Below are positions 1 to 16,618 of a stretch of DNA of 64,000 nt, in pieces. Position 1 is the stretch's first letter; every line of letters starts with the position of its first letter. The stretch lies in assembly GCA_951406725.2 (NCBI GenBank), contig OX597832.1, forward strand, positions 32,364,001-32,428,000. The letters are read 5' to 3'. This DNA is from Octopus vulgaris. Lineage: Eukaryota. A program made the translations under genes and the position numbers. The notes beneath the pieces were generated by a model. It saw only the letters and a program-made list of their open reading frames with translations, was not told the DNA's origin and did no database searches.

Positions 1-135
1 TCTCTCACTCACTCACACTCTGTATGCATCTATATGTTTGTGTGTGTGTAGGAGTGTGTGTACAAAACACACACGCATAGACACACACATATACATACAT
101 ATATGTGTATATATAAACGCATACACTAATATATC

Positions 136-175
<40 letters not shown>

Positions 176-202
176 CATATACATATACATATATATGTAT
201 AG

Positions 203-240
<38 letters not shown>

Positions 241-267
241 AACATATACATATATATGTATAGGTGA

Positions 268-300
<33 letters not shown>
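1..300. repeat. Compound TG/CA/TA microsatellite
   Basis: Dinucleotide runs seen directly; the unit TACATATATATGTATAGGTGA occurs twice inside the array. Confidence 0.95.
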
Positions 301-302
<2 letters not shown>

Positions 303-429
303 GTGTGTGGCCATGCAATACATTTACACGAAGCCTTGTAAATGTACGGTAGTCATAGTATCTGCTGCGTCAGTTTCACACGGGAGCTGTCACGTAGGCA
401 TCTATAATTCCTATTGTGTGATATGTCGA

Positions 430-736
430 TTTCTAATTATGGAATATTTCAAATGCCAAACATCGATTATAAGTTGGAGTCACTTTATTCCATCCAAAAC
501 TAATAAGTTTCGACTTTATACTCTAATTATAATTATATCATTTGTATCGTTATTATGTTTATATTCCTCGTTTTACTTTATATTTACGTCGTTGAAATTG
601 TATCGGTATAAATTGTGTCCAAAATGAATAGCTAAATGACTTTTAATAAAATAAGAAGCACACCAACAACAACAACAAGAACAACAACTGTAGCAACATT
701 CAAAACAACAGCAACATAATAAGCAGAATGATAATG

Positions 737-789
<53 letters not shown>

Positions 790-1000
790 TATAGAGACAG
801 TTGTTTTATTTTTTTTTTTGGTGTTGTTTTTGTGATTGTTGTTTACAAACAGAACAGTAATTATAGAAACTGTCGACATTGTGTGTGGAAAAGGTTTGGC
901 TGATGTCATCAAATATCACGTTTATTTTATTTTATTTTATTTTATTTTAGTTTTTTTTAGAGTAAATACAAACATTCAAATCTAGAGTTTTATTCACGTA
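430..1000 (+). repeat. Diverged duplicated segment, copy 1 (paralog at about 2675-3072)
   Basis: Collinear shared blocks such as TGCCAAACATCGATTA, AGTCACTTTATTCCATCC, AAATGACTTTTAATAA and TGTCATCAAATATCAC. Confidence 0.85.
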
Positions 1001-1079
1001 CTGCCATCCATAACATATTCTGAACTAAATAGAATACACAGAAAGATACAGACACATATACCTACATACAAACATTAGC

Positions 1080-1800
<721 letters not shown>

Positions 1801-2514
1801 ATGAACACAACCACACAACTCAAAGATGCCTATAACATTAAATCGCATGTAGTACGATTTTAATTAAGTAATATATTTAGTCACTAATGAGGAGACACAA
1901 CATTTGAAAATGTAGCCGGTGCTACGACTTAATATCCATACGAAGGAGAAAACATGAAGGGATTGCAATATTATCGAAGGCAAAATAAAACGTATCCTAA
2001 ATTAGCTGTGGTCCAGCGGCACCTACAGCTTATGCCGCCTGATTACATCGTCAGCCGCTGTTGAATTAAAGACATATACATATGCTCAAACCAAGGTTAT
2101 TTTATGTGCTCACATTCAAACGCACACACAAACACACTCATACACACACATACACACGCACGCTCATGCACATACGCAAGCGTAACACATGCGCAACTGC
2201 TACTTCTTCCTTTGACCCTGGGGCGTTAAGTTGACCATCGCAGAATTTGAACTCCGAACATTATAGCCAAAAGAAATTCAGTGATGCATCTTACCCAGCA
2301 AGCTACCAATTCTGCCAGCGCTTTATATTATGTCTGTACACACATACGTACACACACACACACGGAAACACACATGCACATACTCACACACACATATATA
2401 TTAATGCAATACCGTATATAGTTTATATCTACTATATCTGTTGCCACACACACAACACACACACATACAAACAAACACACAAGAATACACACCCTCACAA
2501 ACACACACACACAG

Positions 2515-2572
<58 letters not shown>

Positions 2573-2674
2573 GCACACAAACACACACACACAAACACAC
2601 ACACACACTCAAACACACACACACGCACACACAAAGACTTGATGTATCAGCCATACCTACACCTCCCATTCTTG

Positions 2675-3072
2675 GTTTCTAATTAAGAAATATTTCTCCT
2701 GCCAAACATCGATTAAAAGTTGAAGTCACTTTATTCCATCCGAAGCTAATAACTCCATGTTCCCTCTCTAATTATCTGTCATATCATTCCTTTAACATTT
2801 TGATTTATTTTCTTTCCTATTGTTATTCTTTCGCTATAGATTATGGCCGCCAATATATATTGTTAAATGACTTTTAATAAGAATTTTAAAAAATGATAAT
2901 AATCATAACTGAGTCAGTTGTTGTTGTTGATGTTTTTGTTGGTGTTATGTGCAAATAGAACTGTAATTAACGAAAATGCCGACTGTTTGCAGAGAAGGTT
3001 CTGCTCATGTCATCAAATATCACATTTTTATGAAGTGGATAATTGCAGTTCAAATTAGTTATTCATTCACGT
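2675..3072 (+). repeat. Diverged duplicated segment, copy 2
   Basis: Same blocks in the same order as 430-1000, but without the long (TAA)n expansion. Confidence 0.85.
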
Positions 3073-3162
3073 GCAGCTAGGTAAGATATCACGTGCACAT
3101 AAACAAATATGCACACATATCAGCACGCATATTACACAGATAATAACAGGGACACTAAAAGC

Positions 3163-3587
<425 letters not shown>

Positions 3588-3929
3588 GTGTGCGAGCAGG
3601 CATACATGTATAAATATATAAGTGCGACGACACACATGTTTTCTCCGGATTATTTGCTCCTTGTTTTTTTTTTATTTCGTTCCTAAACACTTTCCTCTTT
3701 CATAAGAACAGCCACGCCCGGAACGACATTTCCACTCATACTTTTCCCAAATGTTCACTCAGTGTCAAACACTGTGGACATCTTTAATGAATTGTATTGC
3801 TTTTTTCTGTATCTTATTTTCGATTCATGTAAACACACCCACATACATACACAAACTTATAGATCGACAAATAGGCAGCTATGTAGGTAGATATAGATAT
3901 ATACATACATGCACAATACCTATATATAT

Positions 3930-4022
<93 letters not shown>

Positions 4023-4026
<4 letters not shown>

Positions 4027-4140
4027 CCTGCTCGCTTAGCCAGTGGGGTGGCGTCTTTTGAAGGCTACAACAATGCGAAGCGCATTGTGATCAGCGATGT
4101 GTAGCAACATATGATAGCCTGGTCGGTCACGGTGATCACG

Positions 4141-4175
<35 letters not shown>

Positions 4176-4294
4176 GCCTGCTCGCTTAGCCAGTGGGGTG
4201 GCGTCTTTTGAAGGCTACAACAATGCGAAGCGCATTGTGATCAGCGATGTGTAACAACATATGATAGCCTGGTCGGTCACGGTGATCACGGTGA
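4023..4294 (+). repeat. Tandem duplication of a 122-bp repeat fragment separated by (TA)n
   Basis: Units 4023-4144 and 4173-4294 differ at one position that I can see (GTAGCA vs GTAACA); both end in TCACGGTGATCACGGTGA. Confidence 0.95.
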
Positions 4295-4324
4295 TATATA
4301 TATATACATAGATACATACATACA

Positions 4325-4367
4325 TAGATAGATAGATGGATAGATGAATAGATGATAGGTAGATAGG

Positions 4368-4444
<77 letters not shown>

Positions 4445-4455
4445 GATAGATAGAT
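4325..4455. repeat. (GATA)n microsatellite
   Basis: Seen directly. Confidence 0.97.
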
Positions 4456-4544
4456 CACGTAATAAACACAGCATTTTAAATATGACCTAGTAATACTTTC
4501 ACGCCGGTTAAACGCAATAAATCGGTAGCTTTATATAATGTTCC

Positions 4545-5017
4545 TTCTGTTTCCAAGCAATCCTTCACGCTCAATGCCCATGGTTAGTCGTATTTGAAAA
4601 GCAAATGGGTGGTCTATGAGAAAACAGGAGTGAACAGGGCAAGATGATTAAAAAATGGAACGAAAAGAAACGGGTGAAGACAAATAGAAAGTGAAGAAAA
4701 GAAAAACGACAGATTCGTCCCCTTTCTATGTCGAAATATTGCGGACACTACACTTCCTGGATTCAGTAGTCTTCTTCTTCGGGTCTTCTCTCTGTTGAAT
4801 TATTCAAGCGACATCTAGATTAATTGCGATTTCCATGGTCAAATGAAGCGCAAATGAAATTTTTCCTTATTCTCTTTTTCTTTCCATTTTAATTCATTTT
4901 TGTCATCCCGTTCCATTTCTTGCATAAACCTTCTCCGTTTTCTTGTTTTCTCATAGCCTTCAGGTTTTCAAGTTTCAGCAGAGGTATGCATGGAGTGTGA
5001 AGGATTGTATGGCAGAA
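4545..5017. mobile_element. Diverged fold-back element with long imperfect inverted arms (MITE or Penelope-like remnant)
   Basis: CAATCCTTCACGCTCAATGC (4558) pairs with GCATGGAGTGTGAAGGATTG (4988-5007); CTATGAGAAAACAGGA pairs with TCTTGTTTTCTCATAG; a purine-rich left arm mirrors a pyrimidine-rich right arm. Confidence 0.7.
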
Positions 5018-5352
5018 TTATTGTTTTCCACTCCATAAGACTATTAGTAGCTCATATTCCAGTACTGTGTATATTAAATATTTTCTGCTATATATGTATA
5101 TATGAGAGCTTTTGTTTTGGGATTCGGTTTGCAAGATTCTTTATGTGACTTCGTGTGTTGTAGCATATATTGTTGTATCTGGGGAGATTCATTCTCATTT
5201 AGTGCCTTATAATTTAAGAGTAAAAACTATTGAAAAGGTTGCAAGATGCAACGAAAATTTTAGAAAACTAAAGAAGGAAATAAATGGAAATTTTACCTTT
5301 GAGTGTGTTAAATTATAAGGCACTATAAGAGAATGACTCTCTCCAGATAGAA

Positions 5353-5407
<55 letters not shown>

Positions 5408-8400
5408 CATACGTGCCTCTATAATTATTCCGTTGGATGTCCATGTGCATTTTGTGCGTATATCGTAGAATAAATTTCATGTTAATTGTCCTTCGATTCT
5501 GTTTGTCAAAGCCCACATTTACATTATGATAAACACATACTGTGTTTCCATCATATTTATATTTTCCTTTCGTTAGTATATTTTGGCACTGCCACGTGAT
5601 ATCCAATGTATAATTCAATCTTTGTATTCAATCATTAATAACACAAGGTGAAGAAAATTAATTATATTTTGTACACTAGAACCCGTGATAATTGTGTTCT
5701 GATTTCAAATTGAAATTTTACCAGGGATGAAATTAACGTACATAATACACATACAGAAATAAGAGAATGTGATGGGCCGACTGTTTCCCTGATCATTATA
5801 GCCGTGATTTTCGTTTGTTTAGTTACAGATGAGCTTTTATCAAGAAGGCAATGTCATGTTTGGTGACACAAATAGGAAAAGTGATAGCAATACATGAGAA
5901 TATATATTATAAATTTTGAGCTGTAGTATTAACCCTTTGTTGATAAATGCACAACATGTAGCATTCATATAACCTTATAGAATATAAAATGCAAAATATA
6001 ATAACGCTATGTTTATTTGCAACTGTACTGAATCTTTCATTCTGTTATCCAAAACATTATTTCTTATTAATTCTTGTGTGAGTTACAGGTACCATTTTGA
6101 GAAGGTCAGCAGAAAATGCACACACGTTTTCATTGTGTTATAAATTGTTGACTATCAGATACTTGGGTTTACGATTTTGTAATATACCATTTGGACCATT
6201 TGTTTGCAGAAATATGAATATGAACACCTCTTCCCAGAGAAATTTTCCTTACTAGAATCACACAACATGATCATATGACCGAAGATTTGGTATTTGCATC
6301 TCAGTTAAATTGCCTCCTACCGTCTTAGAAGAAACAAATAATATATTAAATGACGTGTTTAGTGATATATTATTCCAGTATGAGGTAGGGAAAAGTCTAC
6401 GGTAGACTGCCTTCGGACATAAATGTGGTTGATCATTGCTAACCTCTGCCTACACGTCTATGATATCAGCTGCTTCGTCGCTGCATCTGTGCAGATAAAA
6501 GATATCAAAGACTTATTTTGTTTTCTAAAACTGGCCAATGTGCTAAAGCTGACTGTATGACCGATTATTTTATTTTTTTTTATTCCTTTTCGTTTCGTTT
6601 CTCTCACAACTTCATGATAAACAGTTCATAACTCGTTAATAATTTCAACCGAACAACAACTTCTCTCTTTATTGATTTTTGGCGTCTGCCAAAGTAACAT
6701 TTTTTTTTCGTTCTATGTCTGTTTTCTCTGACAAAGAGACATGACGAGAGTTTAGACTGCTCTTACGAGATTACTATAAATATGAGGTCATCTGTGCACT
6801 CATGATTTACATTGACAGCTGTTAGAGTTTCTCCGACTTTAGTCATACCAGACGCTTTTTTTTATTTATTTTAGTGCAAGTGAGGATTAAGCCAGACTAG
6901 TCTATCCATGATGAAGTGTTCACCGAGAGAATATTACAGATTTGATGATATTGTGTTTGTGAGGAGATTGTAAGATATTTGAAATGACGTTTTCCAAATG
7001 TTAGTGGCGAGTTTGTTTGAGCGTCGAAGAGAGTGCCTCCTCCGTATTCGTGCCGACGTCCCAAACTCTGCGTTCAAATTCCACTCATGTCTTCTTTGCT
7101 CTTCATCACTTCGGTATCAATAAAATTACTAAACCCAGGAAGATGAAATGTTACTATCTTATCGGCTAGAGCTTGGAACATTATCATATTTCTTCTGTCA
7201 CTTCGTGTTCAGATTTTCGAACCCGCCATGACATACACGGGAAGATGCTACTTTCTTATATTTGCCACGGGGGTGGAAGTGGAAGGAGATATTACAAAAA
7301 AAGACCGGTTACTATTTATGTATGTATGAGGGAGGTTATAATAAATTTAGTGAGGGAAAATGATAGAGATTGAGTAAGAGGTGAAAATTAAATATGGTGT
7401 ACATATTGCGTGAATGGTTGCATGATAAAGTGGAAAGTTTAACTGTTTGAATTCATAGAACTCAACAAATCCAAGATTTCCTTGGCTTAAAATGGGACGA
7501 GAACTGTTCTACTTAGAGTAGTTATGATTGTCTCAACTGCATTGCCAAAGTGAGATATTTTCTTTCAAATTCACTGCATCAGATCACTTCTCTTTCTCCT
7601 TCGGTGTAAAATTTAGGTAAGAGTTGGTCTGTTGTGCTGAGAGCCCCTCATATCACAGAGATAACTTTTGCCTTTCTTTTCCGCAGACCCTTCGTCTCTC
7701 TGTTTAAGTAATGTTATGTGAAGTTTCTCAGTGTTTCCTTGACATCTATTCATTATCATATGAACTCGCAAATTCATTGAACCGTTGTATTAACATTTGG
7801 TTTCCTTCCTTGAAAGGTCAGTCCCTTTAGCAATATTCCATTTTTGTGTTAGCTTCATACTTTCTTTCACAGGATGCTTCAGACTTTCGTATCCTTTTTT
7901 CGCACATTTTGGGTTTAATCTCTAAAACTGTTTTTTAAAGACATGTCCCTTAGCGGCGAAACACTCATTTTACATTTCCTTCAATCTTTGCCCTTCCTTT
8001 CCAACGTTCTCAGTTTCTGATATGAAATTATCCTTACTCCTTTCCTGGCCATCTTCCTTGTGCTCTTGAATTCTCTTATTATTTCTCTGTAACTTCTCAA
8101 TTTCCGGTCGCCCATACTATTCATTCTTCACTATTCACAACATAATTTTCCAAACCCGAACTCGCAGTCCTGATGTTGTCTTCACATTTTAATAAACTCT
8201 TGCCTTCTTCATAGTAAGTGTCGCTTGTGGATGTCACTTGTAGAGTGGTGTGCGTTATTTAATGTGAGGAACCTCCTCCTTCGTTTACTTAGTTTATTTG
8301 TCCTACTTCAAAATATCTTCAGAATATCTTAACTCAGGCATGGTCATTGTATCCATTACATGAATGTATTTCTGGTCATCTAGCTTCGTTTCAAGTGTCT

Positions 8401-8819
8401 TTTGTCACTTGCTCTCCCTCGTCTCTTTCCCTGAACCTATCCTCCTGTAACACTCATTGCATATCGGTAATTTCATTTCCTGTGATCATTTCTAAATAAA
8501 ACTTGTTAATCTTGTCATCGACCCCGAATGTTCTCGGGTCCTCCAAAAGACAAGATGAAGGAGATTCATCTGAGGCTTTCTTTTAATCTACCCGGCCAAC
8601 AGCTAAGTTTTCTTATTCGTCCCTCACTTAATATCTTACTAACAATGTGCAACAGATCAGTTTGGGGAAACAGCTTCTTTCTACATCTATGTTTTTCTTC
8701 TTAGCTAATAGATTCTCCTCTATTAATCTATACAATCCATCTACTATTAGGAAGATAAAGTGTATTGAATGATTTGATAATTTAAAAATTGATAATTTCC
8801 AGAGAAATAATAAGCATGT

Positions 8820-8874
8820 GCCCCAGCATGGCCACAGCTCATAAGCTGAAACTAGAATCAATCAATCAATCAAT
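8820..8874 (+). mobile_element. 55-bp SINE/LINE 3'-end insertion with (ATCA)n tail
   Basis: CCAGCATGGCCACAG..TGAAACTAG matches the 3' end of SINE family A (about 20770-20805). It is flanked by a CATGT duplication (8815-8819, 8875-8879) and interrupts the NYRPVTCL codons. Confidence 0.85.
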
Positions 8875-9749
8875 CATGTAACAGGCCTGTAATTACTGAC
8901 TTCCCCTGACATTCCTTTGTCATTCTATATCAGCAATTTCTTCCCTTTTGCCATCCATGTTGGTGTTCCATTTTCTATACGATGAGTAAGAAACGCTTGT
9001 ACACAGCTTGTAACAATTTCCATCCGGAACCCCACTGAATACTATGCCTTTCCTGCTTTTTTTCAAATTTCGTATTCAGTATCTGTAGGATTTCTTTTTG
9101 GTAAAATATTCCTTTTCTAGATTTATTTTGTAGTTCGCTTATAAACGTCTGCAACAAGTCCGCTTCCTTTTATGTTGGCCCTATTTCTCAAACAACTCCT
9201 TATTGATTCAGCATGTCAATTACTTCTCTTGATGTTTATTCGCGTAGATCAGTGTTTGGTAAAATTTCTTTTTGACGGTTCTTCAGATACTCAGCTTTTC
9301 TTAGTGTTTATTTTATCTTTTTTATCTGTTATCTTATTCACTGTGTCTCCTACACAACGAACGGCAGAAACCATCCCTGTATCTTGCCCGACTTCTCTTC
9401 TGTTATTGCATTTGCACATCCAAGGTTTTTATGGAGCCAATTCAACTTGAGTCTGTTTCCACTCTGGCTTTTGTACCTTTGTACCTAGATAGACTTCGAG
9501 ATGACTTTTAACATTAAGCGTTGCTACAGTAACAGAGCCTTCGTTTGGTGGCTTTGTTTGGTTTGGCACTCTCTGTGATTATTTACGATACTCTCAACTT
9601 TGATTTTCGATAATATTTTATCGTGATCTTCACTTGTTTATATAGTTTTTAACTTTCACTCAACTCAGAATTCCTTTCTATCGTTCTATTCATAATTTGT
9701 GACTGTGTAAACGTTGAAATTAGTTCCGGCCTTCCACTGTAATAGCTTT

Positions 9750-10057
9750 TTTTTGTTTGTACCTTCTCGAGCCAAGCCTGGCTTATAAGGGCCGGTTCCC
9801 CGGTTTACTTGCGTATAGGTTCCCGACCTGGACGGGACGCCGGTCCGTCGTAGGTGAGCTGCAAGATGCAGGAGGAAAGAGTGAGAGAAAGTTGTGGCGA
9901 AAAATACATCAGAAGTTGACCATTACCTTCTGACGGAGCCGCGTGTAGCTTAGGTGTTGTCGCTCATAAACACGCACATCGCTCGGTCTGATATTCGAAC
10001 CCGCAATCCCTCGACCGCGAGTCCGCTGCTCTAACCACTAAGCTATGTGCCTCCACA
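9750..10057 (-). mobile_element. Full-length tRNA-derived SINE (family D)
   Basis: The minus-strand head has A-box TAGCTTAGTGGTTAGAGC and B-box GGTTCGAAT. TSD GTAATAGCTTT at 9739-9749 and 10058-10068; A-rich tail. Confidence 0.9.
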
Positions 10058-10664
10058 GTAATAGCTTTCCTCTCCGTGAAGTGAAACTCGTTTTCTGTTA
10101 CACTACAATTTCTTTATTTCTCAACGTCCAGTGATCTTTCTAATCTTGTCCCCTTCCTCAATTTCCTTCGCTACGAAGCTATGCCTGTCCTTTTTCTCTC
10201 TCTTTTTTGACGATCTCGGATAGATTTTTCAATTCATAATTTAATTTTTCCCATCTAGAAAACGCTATCATGAGAAAAAGAACACGTTGTTCTTTATTCA
10301 TATTTTATGCAGTTTTTTCGATATCTTATTTTCACAGACTTTCCTCAGGTAACATTGCATAATAATTATTTTGCTACGTTGAGGCTACCTTCTATAATTT
10401 ATCCTTGCAGCCGTAGTTGAATAACGATTTCTACCATTCTGCTTTAAAGTGTAACACTCTCCGACCGGTTTGCTTCCGGCCGAAGATGCATAAAGTTAAT
10501 ATATTTGCGATAGAAATTTACATTTGACATTTTACTTTGTGCAAAACTGCTCAGAAAATACCATCGCCAGGATCTCGAAGCAAATTCTAAAGAAATCCTG
10601 CTCCCATCTTCGAAAGCCAAGATCTGCCATAGGCGATCCTTGTATTTTGTGGTCATGCAGTGTA

Positions 10665-11546
<882 letters not shown>

Positions 11547-11548
<2 letters not shown>

Positions 11549-12102
11549 GCCCTGATGCAGTACCAGGCAGTGGCTCTCATGGCTTCTGATCTTAACTGAT
11601 TGGAAGTGTTATCATGTACATTGTTTTGTCTTGGTATAAAAGATGGGCTACAGCAAATATTCTGCTCAATACCACAGATTTGCTTGTCAGTTGTTTGACC
11701 TTAACCAGTTGAGCATGTCCCTTAGTGGCTGACGATATGTGCATCTCTGATCACGAGCAGAAGTAGTGGGGGAGCATCATAGCCATGTGTTGAGAGGGAT
11801 TCTTTGGGGTTTGAATAATTCACCTCTGGAAACATGGGTGGTTCTTTCAACATCCTTAAACAACCCTTATTCAGGGACCTTTTGAGCGGGATGGGCTACA
11901 CAACCTCAAGAAAATTCTAACTGGGCCCCACCTGCAAGGTCATGTGCTGTTTATCTTGATATGAGATCACCATGTCGCGCACATATGGTTGTGATGCATG
12001 TGCCTGGTGTACCCTTATCGGGCGGGTAGTCATGATAGGTATACTGGGCTTCGTATATTTTACCCCAGTGTCATTTTGATGGTATGCACTGCTCTCTCAT
12101 TC
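11547..12102 (+). mobile_element. Non-coding interspersed element of about 550 bp, copy 1 (longest), embedded in (TAA)n
   Basis: Highly similar to 35726-36220 (+) and 12841-13093 (-); (TAA)n on both flanks. True orientation is unknown. Confidence 0.9.
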
Positions 12103-12178
<76 letters not shown>

Positions 12179-12309
12179 GGTTTGATGATGATGCTGACGA
12201 TGCTGCTGCTGCTGCTGATAATGATGACGATGGTGATGGTTTTTAATTTCGTTTGTTGTTTTGGTTTCCCTGTGTCTTGCTGTGAATCCAGCAGCTTTTA
12301 AAACCTTTC

Positions 12310-12838
12310 TTCATTATGACTTATGTCTACTCTAGCTAACTCCACGCAGTCTTCTACTAATATTAACTCTCTTCCACCCTCCTTTCTAGGTAGTTATAAT
12401 CTTGCTACTCTCACCCCTGGGTGGAGTCCTCCATTCATATTGAATTCATTCCTAGTTCTTCTGACTAGCCTGCTACTCCAGTTTTTGTCCAATCTACAAA
12501 AACTGCTGAGTATTTAAGTTATGATAGTGCCGAGTATTTACAGCCTTCACTAGATTCGGACCGTTCAGCTTTGACTTCATTAGCTTCCTCACATTTCTGA
12601 TGTACTCCTCAATTTTCGTTTCCAATTCTGTAGTTAGTGCTCTGTCAGATTCTAAGACTCCTAGATACGTATAAATCTCTCCTCTTTCAACGATTTTCAT
12701 GTCTGACCTTCTGGTAAATGGGTGCCTTCGCTGTTGAGTACCTGTCCCCTTTTCATCACTAATATTTCAAACATAACATGCCAAATTCCATGCCTATATC
12801 TTTGCTGAAGAGTATTACAGTCTGTATTAAGGAAGATG
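12310..12838 (-). mobile_element. R4/Dong-type RT fragment, decayed
   Basis: SLIQTVILFSKDIGMEFG, followed by ORF 12494-12700 YTYLGVLESD..EEYIRNVRKLMKSKLNGPNLVKAVNT. Confidence 0.88.
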
Positions 12839-12840
12839 TC

Positions 12841-13090
12841 TCCAAACCGCAAATAATCCCTCTCAACACATGGCTATGATGCTCCCCCTCTACTTCTGCT
12901 CGTGATCAGAGATGCACATATCGTCAGCCCCTAAGGGACATGTTCAACTGGTTTAGGTCAAACAACTGACAAACAAATCTCTGGTATTGAGCAGAATATT
13001 TGCTGTAGCCCAACTTTTATACCAAGACAAAACAATGTACATGATAACACTTCCAATCATTTTAGATAAGTCATGAAAGCCACAACCACG

Positions 13091-13093
<3 letters not shown>
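12841..13093 (-). mobile_element. Partial copy 2 of the 550-bp element
   Basis: Reverse complement of about 11560-11812, e.g. CTACTTCTGCTCGTGATCAGAGATGCACATATCGTCAGCC. Confidence 0.9.
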
Positions 13094-13960
<867 letters not shown>

Positions 13961-14513
13961 ACATACACAAATCACCTCGCGCGCGCGTACTCACACATGT
14001 ATGTATAAAGCATTTAAATCCCGCACGAAAGAGTCACGTATGTATTCTAATGTCAATAATTAGTCGCAGCACCGAAAGGTTTCACATTTAATATATGTTT
14101 AAATATCATATGCCGAGCATAATGCCAATTCTTAGCATATTCTTTGAATCCCAGAGAAAGATTTCTTCTAGAATAGAAATATTACCGTGTCATTCCATAA
14201 AGATGGTGCGGTGAGATTCTATAGAGCTTTCTCGTGGAAGTCATTGCGTTTTGCTCTCTTGGCTTGGAATATTTTACTCTTTCATTAATTTTGTTGAATA
14301 TTTCTTGCAGGCTTCTAGTGCTTCCTTTCAGCATACCAATTATTTTAAAAAGAACTTTAGTATTTGTTTGTTTCGTTTTTCTAATTCAATTTTCTTTCGT
14401 TTCTTTTTTCTTTTTCGTTTTTTTGACTTTGCTTTACTCTTGTAAACTTCATACGCATCTCTCAGTTTATTATTTTCGTATTCGCTACCTGTCTGCGAAT
14501 ATATATCAACATT

Positions 14514-15495
<982 letters not shown>

Positions 15496-16618
15496 CACAA
15501 AGACGAACATAACATATGTATCATCGCATCTAAAAGATTTGATGTGTAATCAGTTATAATATGTGGCGAATGCCTGCAGCGCATGTGTATACGCAGGCGT
15601 ATAAATACACACACAGGCACACACACACACACACTTGCTCGCACACACACACGCACATGTAAACACGCACGCACATACACACAAAAACACACACATAAAC
15701 ACAAACCGATAAGCACACAATCACGCATGCGCATATATTCTCATATTTCCATATCACGTGCATATTTCCATCTAGCGATATGAGATCAACCCTTTTATTC
15801 CACGCTGAATACTAAAACTTATTTTGATTAATTTTAATATATGAAAATATGCAAATTATATTTTCGAATATTATCTGAATACTAATGAGAATCTGAATAC
15901 TAATGAGATTATCTACATCCGGTATTGATTACAGTAGAGACATAAACATACCTATTGCAAGTCTGCTACGTGATTATTTTGCGATATCTGCTTGAAACTA
16001 ATTTATTAAAATGGACGCCAATAATGTCGATTATAATTGATATATGTTATAAATTCGTATACGCTTTCTTTCGAAGGTAGTTTATATACAACAACGGGGG
16101 TATATTTCTATGGTATATTACTAGGCCAATTAGAAATAGCTGTCATATCTATCTGACACGTATGTCACTTCCGTTTCTCTAAAAAAAGGATAGATCACGC
16201 ACACTTATATATTCTTCATATAAAGTTTACCATGAATAGAATGTCTTTGATGATGATTTCAATGGATCACTTGCCTTCGGTGCAACAAAGCAAGACCCGA
16301 AAATCTTACGGCTGCCACCATTGAAACAGGAAATGGAGACACAGGATGTCAGACGTATCGACGAGATCTCTTCCGAATAACGTCCTGAGAGAAATGAATA
16401 ACCAACATGCAGATATGTGTATGTTTGTGTTGATGCATATATAAAAGACTGGAAGAGAATATTTGGTAATATTTTCTTACTATTACATGTTTCATTTGCA
16501 AATTGGAGTTACAAAATTGTACGTGTAGGAGAAATATATAAGATGTGATCTTTGACCATTGTGACTAAGCTGAAAATACAGACAGGTCTACTACAGTAAG
16601 ACCATAGTGATATTGTCT

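Larger units (their letters stand above)
7450..10440 (-). mobile_element. Decayed, internally deleted R4/Dong-type non-LTR retrotransposon
   Basis: Manual minus-strand translation gives PTWMAKGKKLLI*NDKGMSGEVSNYRPVTC-LLFLWKL, EEKHRCRKK, NLAVGRVD*KKASDESPSS and LETKLDDQKYIHVMDTMTMPELRYS. These match R4/Dong RT motifs (NYRPITCL, EEQKGCRK, WIDYKKAYDSVPHS, LKSKLN..AINT..P.LRYS). An N-terminal IMQCYL block lies near 10350. Many stops and frameshifts; the ends are approximate. Confidence 0.8.

Noticed and set aside
9990-10057. Possible tRNA gene (also the heads at 20332 and 37058)
   Set aside because: A and B boxes are present, but each continues into a SINE body with a tail and the cloverleaf is incomplete.
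15872-15910. 18-bp tandem duplication ATCTGAATACTAATGAGA, and a TATAATTC triplet at 17590-17632
   Set aside because: Ordinary slippage products with no further structure.
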